Assembly (NCBI GenBank): GCA_000708835.1
Contig: DF236975.1
Span: 291,236-355,235 of the forward strand
Direction of reading: 5' to 3'
DNA: 64,000 bases
Source of the DNA: Klebsormidium nitens
Taxonomy: Eukaryota > Plantae > Klebsormidiophyceae
The notes beneath the pieces were generated by a model. The model worked only from the letters and a program-made list of their open reading frames with translations, did no database searches and was not told the origin of the DNA. The translations under genes were made by a program, and so were the position numbers. Positions 51,079 to 63,440 of this stretch are shown here, piece after piece. Positions within the stretch are counted from its first letter, which is position 1. Each line of letters begins with the position of its first letter.

Positions 51079-54000
51079 TCAGCACTGGCCAGCGGCACAG
51101 GCGCAACACTTCGGCGCAGCGTCCGTAGCGCAGCACTGGGGGGTGGCTCCCTCGCACGCAAACTCGGTCAGGCCATCGGCCGTGTAGCACCGGTTGGGGC
51201 GCAGAACCGGGTCGTAGCTCATGGGCGCCGCGGTCGCGCCCGCGGGCGAGGGTTTAGGGCTCGGCGAGGGCGACGCGCCGGGGGAGCGCGCGGGGCGGGG
51301 CGAGGGCGAGGGCGACCGGCTCACGGACGGAGAGGGGGACGGGGTCGCCGAGGGAAAGGGCCGGGGGGAAGGAGAAGCGGAGGGCTCGGGGGAAAGAACC
51401 GGGGGGATTGTGACAGCTGGCGTTGCGTCTGGGTTAGGGGTGGTTAAAAAAACCGGGGTCAGGTCGACCTGCTGGTTGCCGCCGAAGAGGCAGCACTTGG
51501 GGTCGGAGGCGCTGTTGTGGCAGCACGAGAGGCCGTCACGTGCCAGGCAGCAGAAGCGGCTACGTGGATACTGCGGCGTCTGACACGTGTTGTATTCGGA
51601 CGGGCAGAACCCCGGGTTTAAGGAGGAAGCGTCGGTAGGGATAACCAATCCCGGTTTGGTGCTTGGAGAAGTGCCAAGTGGAACAGGGCTTGGGACGGAA
51701 GTCCGAGTCGGAGTCGGGGAGGGGGTTGAGCTGGAAATACGGACAAGAAAAGTGGTGTCAAACACAACACTTCGTTTGCACTTCGAAGACAAGGTATTAG
51801 CCGGAGTTGGTGGCTTCGAGAATCTTATAACAGCGATGATGCCTTTGGACCATCAAAGGAACGGCCAGAGTACAAGAGGGCCTCCAGTTGCAGATGATTC
51901 TAGATCGAAGTAGGAATTTTCGCTTTCTGCTCTTACTTTCCGCCTCTCCTGGTTTAGGAAAATAACAAGAGCCTTGAGAGGACGGAGTCGGCACCTTGTC
52001 GGAGGGAAGAGCGTTGCTGCACAGATTTGCGCCGCTTGAGGCTCGGAGACGATCGGGCAGGCGACCGAGCACCCTAAGTAACCAAAAGGAGACGGGCCGA
52101 TCAGAGACGATGAGAAAATGTCGAGAGACTATGCACACGCTAGCGGACCTTTTGACTGGTTTCGTATTCACAACTGCATCCACACTTCGATTCACTTCGA
52201 GATGTTCTCTTAACTGCTAGGAGCACTTCGAGCAAAGTCAGTGCTCGTTTGTGAACAAGGTTTGTCTTTTGCGCCCATCCGAACTGTTTCGCTGGCGTTC
52301 GTGTCGAAGTTTTAAGAGCGATACTTTTCGTAGGGAGAGGCTGCTTACCGTCCGGCAGCACATTCAAACCGGAAGGCACCTGCATCACGTGGAACACGTG
52401 GCTCAGATTCGTCTCTACTCGCGAAACTTTTTGCATCCCTTCCCGCCGCTTCATTCAGTGCTGGGCAAAATCTGACTCTTTCTTTAAGTAACCTCGCTCT
52501 CTATAGCCATTTCAGAAGAAAGATAGAAGGGTGCTTTCTAGCAAGCTGAATCAGACTTCTCGCTGTCCGTACGGATGCTAGCTACAGCCTTCGAGTTGAG
52601 ACTCACGTTTGGTCCGCTGAATCCGCACGTGCCGATGTTGGCCCCGCTGAAACTCTGCTGCCCGTCCTGAAGTCAGAAGTAAACGCACTTTGATATTTTA
52701 ATGAATGAATTGCGAACCGTCAAAGCAGCCGAACCTGTCTCTTGTAAGCCAGCCTCAGAATCGCAAGAAGAGCCTCAAGAAAGTGGGCACTTATGACAAA
52801 TCTCATTCACCATTCTGCACGCCCATTTTCACATCAAGGAGCAGAACTACTAGAATTGGTTAAGCGAAGTCGGCGGGTTTGAATGCGAGTGTGGCTTTCA
52901 AGTTTGGCGCGGAAAGGCTTGCCTGGAGCGTCACGTTGCAGAACGCCGCTGGCTCTGTTCCCTTCGAGTAGTACATGAACGAGCCCTGTATGACAAAGCG
53001 TCCGAGGTTTTAGTGCGGAACAGGGGTGTCAGGATCGTTGTCCTGGATCAAGCGAGCGGGATCCCCTCATCACCGTTGCAAAGCAGCAACCTAGGATAAG
53101 AAGATGAAAGCTTTCCGCCTACACAAGCACGGAACGGCTGGGGTCCTCGCATCAGATTCCACAAGATCTAGTCACAAGGACAGCTCGGCAGCTTGAAAAC
53201 TGTGGAGCTGCAATCGGTAGCGCCTCGGGCAAAGTGAGAAAAGAAGACATTCTAGATCGGTGAGATCCTGAATTATGGAACTCACGTATAGGGGCCCATA
53301 AGACGCCGAGTTCTGGCCCACCGTACAGTCTTTGCAGGTCAGCGCCTTCCCCGTCAAGAAAATGGCGCCGCCCCCCTGCGGAATCCTGAGCATTTCAGTG
53401 GACGGCCCGAGTAGAAACAAGGACTCCAAGTTCAAAGGTAATTTTGGAAGTCTGTGAGCTTTTAGCAAGCGCGCCCAGATGACGTCGCCCGCCTGGGAAA
53501 AAGTGAGCATCTTTACGAGCGGCTCGCGTACTGGATGAACCTCCCAACTTCAAAACCCTTTTGAGCTCTCTGCAAAGGCTATCAATCGCTGCCGCCCATC
53601 TGAGGAGGAAAAGCGAATCTCAGAAGCCGGGTAAAGGATGGAAGGCCACAAATTCGATACTTTACGAGCCTTCAGTGAGTAGTCCCAAAAACGCCTCGTC
53701 CGACAGGAACGGAGATGTGCTTTAACGGCTGTGCAATCGCGTCAAATCGGCGAGTAAATGTTGCAAGGGGTCCAGAAAACCTTTCTTTCCTATAAGCCGG
53801 AAAGAAAATCAAGAGCCGAATCCGTTCCGGCTTGAATCGGTGTTGCAGATTGCCTTCCCTGACCAGAATCTTCAAAAGAAGACGAGTAAAAGAATGGAGA
53901 GATTTGAAAATTGATATCGCTCTACCTGGGCGCTGTTGCCCTGGAAGGAAACGCTTTCAAGGGCATGGGGTCCACCGTAGCTGTACAACGCCCCGCCGTA

Positions 54001-56587
54001 TTGCATCTGCGGAGAATTGTGTCTTCATTGGAAACGGAACATTCCCAGATGACGGGTTGTACTGCCGCAAATCTCCTGCAATTTGAATCTGGATAGGGCA
54101 TCCAATCACTATCGCTTTGATTGCTGGAGTCAAGGAAACGACGAAAGGATTTCAAGCAGCCTAGGCTCTGTTGTTAATCAAAAACAGAATGGTTATTTTT
54201 CAGGATATAATGCGGAACAAAATGAAAATAACGCACCGGCGCCGCGTTTCGGACGAAGCTGGTGCGGAGGAACGTGGCCGGGCCGCCCCCGCTGACTGCC
54301 ACTGCGCCTCCGGATGCAGTCTAAAGGACAAAAGAAGAGAAGATTTATCAGCCGCAAAAGGATCCAATCCGTACCGCCAGGGAGAATCCTAGATGTGTTA
54401 AGCATGGTACTGTAACGAACCTTGTCCCTGAATGACACGCAGTGCTTTTCTTTGAAGGAAGCGGCGCGGCGGAGGAATGCGAGCAGCCGCTTACCAGTGC
54501 CGTGTTGCCTGTGAATGACGTGTCGGTGACGTCGACGGCACCGAAGGTCGTGACCGCCCCGCCAGACCCCTGGAACAAGCGAGACGTGCACGTTTGATGT
54601 CTGCAACCATCTTCTCTTCGATCCGGAGAATGCACATCAACTCCGAATCTGATGTGAGAACTTTCCAGCGGAGTTGCCAAGAGAAAAACGTACCGCGATT
54701 CATAGCGGAAGGCGAAAAAGAACAAGAATGACGATCCGTGTAGATGCCGGGCTAAAGCAGAGAGCGTGAGCCGGTAAGATCAAAACACGCGAGAACCAAG
54801 GGACCTCATTTACATCGGGCTGAGCGGAGCGACAGATAAACCTTACCAGGGCTGCGTTGTTTGTGATAGTGCACCCTTGGATGCTGAGGCTTGTCCTCGA
54901 GTAGGCGTAAAGGGCCCCACCGGTTGCGTTCTGTAGAGAACAATAAATTGCAAGACTGTCAGGGCTTTCCAGTGCAGACCTTTTAGGAATGTGAAACTGC
55001 TGGAGCGACCCACTTCGTGCCCGGGTTACGCGGGCCTGCCATAGAGGCTGTGGATTTGTCTTCACGTGGCTGGCAATCTAGATCGCAACTTTACGAAAGA
55101 AAGCAAACCAAGCGCATCAATGTCGTGGCACACTTCGAAACTTGCCCCCGTTCACACAAGTAGTGACACGTAGATAGTGCTAAGTTGGGACGCTCAGAGT
55201 TGATCGAATTTCACCATGCCCGTTTTTCGAAAAGCATAAATAGCTTACTGCGAAGTTGCTCGTGAAAGTGCTGCCGCTGATGGAGACGCGGCCGCTGGGG
55301 GCGTAGATCGCACCGCCCACGTTGCTCTGCGGGACAAGTCAGGTGAGCTCGCTGCTTGACACGTGTACGGTGTAGCTCGTGGGAAGCGATGCAAGCTGAG
55401 AGTTGACACTGCGAAGGAAGCCTAATTGCCGGAGAATTGTAACAAACCTCTGCACTTCACATCACAAAACGTAACGCAGGGCACACAATAGTGTTCGCAA
55501 CGTATGTATCTTGCGGAGTGATTCTTGATACGGTTTTGACACTTCCATTCGTGGCTTCCGCTGTCGACGCAGAGTTTAAACCCCGTTTAAGTTCCACTTG
55601 TTCCTAGACTTAGTTATCAGTAAGATGCGGCAAGATTTGCAGCGGGGGCGCACCGCGTAGTTGTTCTGGAAGGTACTGGCGGACAGCATAAGGGCCCCGG
55701 CGGTCGAAATGGCGCCGCCGTTGGCGCCCGAGTTGTTAATGAACGTGCAGTTGCTGATGCACAGGTTGCCGGAGGAGCGGAGAGCTGTGCCCCGAGATTG
55801 CTGAAGAAGACGGGGGATGCTTTTAGAACGCTTTTTCATCTTTGCTTTCAGGGTCCCCTAGATTGTTGATTGAGGTGTGTTAAGCTCGGGTTGGGGAGCT
55901 AGCTCACATCTCCGTGAACCTGTATTCGGATTGTACTGATTTACTGAAAGAGTTAGATTTACAAGGAAGACTTAGCAAGCGATGCACTGCCGAGTGGTGG
56001 GGACGCCCTGCTTCTGACCCCCCGCTTCTCGCTTCGTAGAGCAAGAGGGACTTTGGCTCGTCACATTGCAGCTGGAGGAACCCCCTCTTCAAGGAGGAGT
56101 ACAACCGGAAAGCAGAGTTCACTAAGACAGATAATCTGGTTTTACACTCCAGGTTACATAACAATGCGCTGCAAAACTGCTGTGTACAGGGTGCCCTTTA
56201 ATGCCAAATATCGCCCAGGTTCGGATCCACTTAACGGTCGAGGAGACAAAGCTAGGGATTTTCTCTCACCGTAAATACGATGCTCTTGAACCCGTAAACC
56301 CCCGCGCCCAATTCGAAGAGCGGCGCCTGCGCCCAGCCATTCACCGTAGTGCACACTTTCTTATTTCCCGCCCATACGCAGGAGCCTCTAAAGGTGACCC
56401 CGACCGAGCCTGGAACTCTGACTGGGCCCCCAACCGAACAGTCGTACTCCACAGGATCGAGAGTGACCTCGCCCCCGCCGTTCTGGAGCTGCCACGTGGC
56501 AGCGGTCTGGATGGCCGCGCACGTGTGAGAGGTTTGTGAGAGGAACCTCCGGTTGGTGGGGTGGGCGCGCGAGGGGGTTGCGTCGTC
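51079..56587 (-). CDS. Probably secreted right-handed beta-helix (pectin-lyase-like / Chlamydia PMP-type GGA(I/L/V)-FxxN repeat) protein with SP-rich linkers and Cys-rich C-terminal modules
   Basis: Phase-0 exons 56587-56270, 55800-55654, 55326-55249, 54930-54847, 54569-54495, 54320-54237, 54006-53926, 53375-53286, 52985-52923, 52666-52607. Terminal exon ~51730-51079 has (SP)n tracts and CC-rich segments. The signal-peptide exon upstream of 56587 and the junction into the last exon are unresolved. Confidence 0.85.
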
Positions 56588-58845
56588 CTGAAAGAAGGAA
56601 AAAGTCAAATGATATTCTTAACCATCATGCAGAAATTTCACTGCACTGAACAAAACGCGTGGGTCCCAGCTTGTTTCGCTGCCAACTGGAATCCGAGTTG
56701 AACGGACCGACGTGCAGCTATCACATCGTGACCTGTTATTGATCAGGTGATGCGTACACGAGTCTGGAAGCATTTTGGGCAGCGAGCCAGCGGTCTCTTC
56801 TCAACAAACAGAACTCGCTGCTACACCTGCGGTAGCTCTTGCGAGTGCAAAGAAATCAACTTTCTTGAGTCGACCATAAGGGTGCCAGTCGAAGCTCGCC
56901 CGCACTTCAATCATGCATCCATTCCTAACCTTTTCAGAGGGTTTATTGGATATGGAAGTTGAGTCCACACTAGAGAGAGCTGAAGACTAAGGGGTCTCGT
57001 ACCTGAGCCTGGTCAGGCAACTCGAAACTGCTGTCAACTCCAGGTATCCAGGATGCGACCAGTTCGTCTCCCTCCACACTGATTCCTGCAATAAGCAGCG
57101 AATCTCCTTCATCAGAAGTGCCGAGAACCGCGGTTTGTCCCTCGGGCTGAGGCCAACCGCCCAGTTGGGCGAGAATGTCCTCTTGGAAACTACCATTTTG
57201 AACAGCTACAGGGCCGACGGGGAGTCGTCTAGTGACCTGCTTTGATTGACATGAGTCTGAGGATTAAATTGGTTGTTGACGAAGCAAGCTCTTGTTGCTG
57301 TGCTTCAAAGAAGTGATACGAGAGGAGTTACGATCTCTTAAGTTCGAGGAGTTGGAACAAGGTCAGGATTCCCAGGTTTGGGATTCGAAGTGACGTCTCG
57401 CAGAGCAGTACGATCAAGGACGTCTCATACAAGCAAAGGCTTTGGACGAATACGAAAATTCCGGTCATCACCACATACATTCTAATCGAGCTTGCTGACT
57501 CCGTTCCTTGCATCTAGTCATGGTGTTGATTGATAAGTAGCATTTAAATCAAAGGCAGGTAAACAGTCCTTGATCGATTGCCTTGTCTTTAGTTGAGATC
57601 AGCTTGGAAATAGTTTTTGAGCCTTCTCCAGATGCGAGTGCATCGATCATTGCCTTTTTTCCTTAGAGCGTCTGTAATGACCCTGAAGCATGTCACTCCT
57701 TGAAAAAACTTGGTGCGCCGATTGCTATTTTTGACTTCGGATACTACTTTGGAGCCAAAGGTTCCCGTCCCTCTGTACCTAGGGGCAGCACTGGCAATGG
57801 CTCCAGTGGGTGGCTTGCGTCAGCAATGCCGTCAGCCCCGCTGGTGCTGACGCCATCCCAACCCAGATGCCCTTCTGCCGCTTCTCCATCTAATCCGGCG
57901 AATGCGCTCCGCCCAGAAACCAAATACACCAATACGTACAAGCAAGAAATGGCCGTCCTTGGCCCCATAGTTGCTTGATACAATGGGGCGGCTCTAGCCT
58001 CCCTGCAGAAAGGCTTTACTGCATTGGAGAGGGGTTCCAATAAGGGGCTGTAACAGTGGTTTCTGCGTCCTTTTACAAACCTAAAGTACTGTAGCGCACT
58101 GACCCTTTCTATGTGTGGCAGATTGCGTGTTGCATGCAGCAATGCGGAGCCCTCAAGCCCTTCGCCACTAGGGAGAAGTACGGTTAGCCTTGCTGTCTTA
58201 GCGGCATTGCACAGAGACCCAGCGCTTATAGAAGCACAAAGGGGTTGTTAGTACCTATGCACACGCCTTTAGACGGCGAGCCTCACGGGTGGTGTCACGG
58301 CATTTAACTCTGTGGCAAGTCTGATACTCGGAAGACTAATTTCTTTGGGCGCCAGGACCGGAATATGCAACTTGTGACCTTCTGCCCATCTGTCGTAATG
58401 CTGGAGTCTGGGCTTTATCGTTTGACATGGCAGGCTGCATTGCATCCAGGAATAAGCTGATTGAACCACTGACGTCACAAAGTGTGTGGGTCTGAAGTCT
58501 GCTGCCGCTTCTGATCTAATCGATGACTGCCCATCTCACGTAAACGCAAGGAATGTCAAATCCCAAGAGCCTGAGTACTAGGAAAGGCGAGTCCGAAAAG
58601 CATCATGGCATGATTGTGCATCCTGCATTTGAATAAAGTGAACGATTGACAGACGGAAATGAGCGGGAGTGAGCTGGGTCCGTCGATGATCAACATAAGA
58701 TGCTGATCCAAGGTCATCTAAGACCATTTGGATGAGGCTCTTGATCGCCTCCGTTGACTGAATCTTGGAGAATCTGAAGGGACGCTAGACTAGCGCTAGC
58801 TGAACTAGGTACCTGCCGTGCACTATCCATATTATGCATATAACC

Positions 58846-59034
58846 ATAAACTTTAATAGTACCTAATAAGGATCTTAGGTACTGAAAGTACTTGATTTCT
58901 CGGCCTAACCAAAACTAAAACCCTAAGGACAAAATGACATGCTCCGCACCCGAACCCACCCTAACCACCAAACTAAGCCCACCCGTACTCGTGTACCTTA
59001 AGTTCCTTATTATGTTATTACTATTAAAGTTTAT
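58846..59034. repeat. Hairpin element B: AT-rich inverted arms around the same G-rich core as element A (opposite orientation)
   Basis: ataaactttaatagta (58846-58861) pairs perfectly with 59019-59034; taataagga(t/a)ctta…gtac continues the stem to 58891/58985. Loop 58892-58984 contains the telo-box AAACCCTAA and matches the element A core at 49/55 nt. Confidence 0.8.
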
Positions 59035-59904
59035 CCCTATTCAAGATTCTAGAGAAGACTGCACAACAGGCTGCACAGTCCAGATACAAATAAGGATCGG
59101 TCACTACCTACGGTATGTAGAGGCTGGTCCCTTCCATTAAATTTGTGCAGCAGTGTGCCTACGATAGGTACATACGTCGCGTCGTCGCGTCGAAGTACGG
59201 TAAGTTATTAACCGTCGGTTGATCCGATTCCATTGATGGTCGATTGCGCGCGAAGTGGACACCGTCGATGAGCATCTGAGAAGGTAACGGACGGTCATTT
59301 CGGTGCGCTGCCACTTGAACTCGCGTGGGGCGCGCCGCACGCCTAAACCCTGAAACCTACTAAAAACCTAGGCGGCGCGCGGCGGCCGGCCACCCGACGC
59401 CGCCCACGGCCGGGCTGGCCGGGGCCATGCAAGGCATTGAACTTAGAACTGACTCGGCTAGCCGCGCCGCGGCCGAGCTTCAAGTTGACTCAACTTAATC
59501 AATCAAGCCGCCGCCGCCGGTCATGCGTCTGCAATTAGTGGACTCACGGTCGCGCGACAAATCTGACCACGTCTCACGTGCACACAGATCTCACAATTGC
59601 ATGGGCGATTGCCATGTATGCGTGAATATCCATGCATAACCTGCAAGGCCTGGCCGCACCGCACTTGAGGCCCGATGATCCAGTTTTGCAGATTGCGCAC
59701 ATCATGCCATTACTCGTTTGCAGCGCATTAGAATATCTGGACAGATCCATTTTGGTCTATGTGGGTTGATCGAGCTTAACGGGCCGCCACAATTCACTAT
59801 CTGAATCGTAAACGGTTGGATGATATGGCAAATAGCAAAAAAAAATTGCATTTGCAACCTGAAGTCGACCAGTCCATGTCTTAGTCGTCTCCTTGACAAA
59901 GATA

Positions 59905-62900
59905 TCACCGCCGTCGTTTCCTTGGACCGCTGGTATACGTTGACCCTCCTCCAAGAAGAGCGCTTCCTACATTCCCTTGCGGCTTCCTATCATCTTGTCG
60001 CTCTATCGACTCTTCTTTGCTTTCCCTCCCTTTTCCTTTCTCCTCATCTTTGTCTGCTTGCCGTCCATTTTGCCCTCTCCCATTCACAGACGGCTTCACA
60101 TCTTCCTCCATCACAGTCGCCCCCCCGTCCCTGTCCATTCCCTCAACTTCCGTTCGCTCTCCTCGATCCTCCTCGCTTCGGCCACCAGAACCCCCCCGGT
60201 CCTGATTCCTTTCTTCTTCCTCTTCTTCTAGGTCGTCTTCTCCCCCGCTCGCTTCATTCCCCGTCGCCTCCCCCTCATCCGACTCGTCGGCAGCCGGCAT
60301 TATTGCCAAAGGCCTACCATCGCCTAGCTGGCTCTTGAGCTCTCGGATCTTGGCCTTTTTGGCGTTGAGCACGGCGGCAAACTGCATGGAACGTGAATGT
60401 GAAGGTCTGTCTCTGGAAGTGCTACCAGGCACGTGTGAAACCAGATTGAACGTACGCTTCTTCGAAGAACAAAAATGTTGCTCATCCGAGCGGACAAAGT
60501 TCCGACAGGGTTTCATCCGTAGGGCAGAGCAATGACATGTCAAGTTTCTTGATGATCGACAGAGTAAGTGGTACTTGTGCTGGAATGACGTAAACTCAGG
60601 TTCCTCTTGACTGAGGAGCAAAAAGCGGCAGCCAGCACTGGCTGGATCGACGTACAAATGCACTGCATCTCCCACTGATACGCAGACTCTTAGGGCTGCC
60701 GAACATCGCGTTTAGTCATCTGATCAAACAGCTGAAAAGCACTCTGAAATCACAGCCTACCTTTTGGTACAAGTCCGACTCGAGATGCGCTTTCTCTTCA
60801 GCGAAGCCCCGCGCCTGGTTGGCGCACTTGTCCGCCTCCTCCTTCATGTTCCGGAAGGCACGTGTCTTTCGAGACAGTTCCATCTGCGGAATGGTTTAGA
60901 AGGAGCTAAAGGATGGTCTTACGGGTAAGCGCGCATGACTGGGGATTATGGCTGGCTACCCCAGATCTGTCTTGATCTGTAAACCGTCACCCAGCTTTCA
61001 CAAAGTGCCGGGAGAGAACGTGAATTTGGACATCGGCTTTTCGCTGAAAACTCCCCAGCGGAGCAAGGAAGGCGCGACGTCGTGCTTGAGAAAGTGGTCT
61101 ATCTACGGACAGTTCGGTGCTCGAAGCTTGTTCGACGTCCTTACATTGCTTCCACTCGCAGTACTGAGAATCCTACCAAGCTGTCAGTGCTGCGACGAGA
61201 CTAGAGAAGACGCTCGAAACTTCGCCAAAAGGAGGTCGCCTCTCTAGAGGGTGTATTGGATAGGCACGATCAAAGTACTGACCGTCTCTGTCTCGCTTAA
61301 GAAGGTGGCAAACGTTGTGATTCACAATGCCACGCAAAAAGCAAGTGCCACCCGACCGGATCTGACGACGATTGGCACATTGCAACCCTCTGTTATGTAA
61401 GCGGACTAGCCGACCAGTCAGGGACTGGATGGCCAGCCGTGTCTCTTGTTCAAGGACGTCTTTTTCGTAGCAGATAGCAGGGCGTCGAAAAGAGACCAGT
61501 CTGCGGATATGATTCCCCTCTCCAAGCATCCACACATTCCCTGCCCCGAAGTACTGTCGTCATCTGACATGCAGTGGAAAGTCGCGAGAGAAAGCTTGGC
61601 GCACCTCTAGCTGCGCACGTTTCCTGTGCATGTAGTCCATCATCAAGCGCAGGACAGCCCCAGGGTCGTCCGTCTTCTCGAGATTGACCAGCCCACGCAG
61701 CGGGACCCCTTCTTCGCCTGCTTGCTTCATTTCCCAGGCCAGCTGCAGCAGACCAAAAAGAACATTGTGAGCTTGACTTGACGCCAAGTAGAATGTTGAG
61801 CTGGTCTCGGAATACCAGACTCTTTTAGTGAGCTAAGTGTAGCTTGGACGATCATGTCAAGAAGTCAGATCCATCTGAAGATCTGTCCAAAGCAGCAAGG
61901 AGCCAAAATTGAAGTCTTACACCCTGCGGATGATTACGAAATCTAGGGCAACTCTGAAAAGTTGTGTCAAGGTCAAAGTGACCGCGCCCTCTGGCACTAT
62001 CAAAAAGAAGAACCTCTCTTTCAGTCAAAAACTCTGACCTACAAGTCTGAGTACCAAGACTAGGCGCCTTCTTATCCACCTTTTGGAGAACCTTGTAATA
62101 ATTGACCTGGATTCCAGTCCTCCAGGGTGACAGCTTGTCAACGAGGACAGTTGCTCTTTGAACTATTATAGTTGCGAGCATGATACAAGTACGTACAGCG
62201 ACATATCACTCACACGGGATTCTGGACAGCCAAGGTATGATCCTGGAAGAAGGGAACAATGCTCCAAGGGCGAAAGCAGACCAGGAAAGGACGAACCACA
62301 AGCGTCCTCATCCACCCATAACTATGTTTCCTAGCCGATTAATACGTCTCCCCAATCTGTAACGATGAACCCTTCTCAGAGTTTTGATATCAAAACCTCT
62401 GCATCCAGCAGAGAGCGCATCTTCGTTTGACAATAACGATTGATGGGGGAACATCAAAACGCCCCTGCAATATGTTCACCTGTAAAGTTCTGGCATCCTT
62501 CTCGGTCACTTGGTACGACGCCTTTGCTTCCTCCTGCTGTTCCCTCAAATGTTCCACCGCAGCATCAACGTACTTCAGAGGAGTCCAGTCCCACCGGTTT
62601 GCCCTTTTCTCGACCTCATCAGCAGAGACTGCACAGGGAAAGAAGAGCAGCTTGATTCAGAGTTTGCAAAGGTGGTATAGATCACAACGTTCGTCCAAGC
62701 CCACTATTGTGCACCCTTTGACATGGCTCTGTAGCTGCTTGTATCAATAACAGTGATGGTCCAAGCAACCTGCTAGTGGTCGTAGCTAAAAGATCCAGGT
62801 GTCGTGATATGGTTGGGGCGGGGAGGCAGTTCAAACTCCAGAATGTGAAGGACTCACTGGCTGTCTTTGACTTAGCTATTACAATTGGGAATCACCGCTA

Positions 62901-63440
62901 ACATGCTCAGACTCAACCACATAATTGAGGATGACAAGGTAGGTGCAGACTCAGAAAAGGGTGCTCTTCCTTCCCCCGGATGAAATCAACTTTCTATGGC
63001 AGCAGAGAAAATGCTGAAATGGCGCACAGTCTTTGATTCATCACGAGGCACTCACAAACAGCCAAATTCGGATCCTACTTTGAGGCATAGAAATGGCACC
63101 CCTTGTTACACTCTTTCCGCATTCTTCTTCGACTGGGGCAAAACAGAAGGCAGACTTTTTCACACCACCATAGGTTTAGAAGTAGATAAAAGATGCTTGG
63201 AACAAACCTGCATTCTAGAATTCAAGGTCCTTTCTTCCTGGTCATTCAGCAAAAGAACACCCAGAAGAAGTCGGTATACTTACCTTGCCCTTCCCAAGCT
63301 TGCGCACCATCTGAGACACGAATCGTGAAGTGCGTTTTGGACCACTCCCCAAGCACGTACCACACTCTCTCATCGACAGTCAGTCGAGCACACGTTGTCA
63401 CAGCTGCAGTTGCCATTGCTGTGCGGGGACCCTCCTCCAC
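59905..63440 (-). CDS. XRCC4: DNA repair protein XRCC4 (NHEJ, ligase IV partner)
   Basis: Phase-consistent exons 63440-63284, 62628-62480, 61742-61605, 60883-60761, 60381-59905. N-terminal beta head (WYVLGEWSKTHFTIRVSDGAQAWEG…VEKRANRWD), coiled coil, the ESDLYQKFAAVLNAKKAKIREL signature, an acidic tail and a C-terminal PRKRRR NLS. Confidence 0.92.

Noticed and set aside
57744-58142. 132-aa minus-strand ORF
   Set aside because: No motif or splice link to the neighbouring genes could be established.
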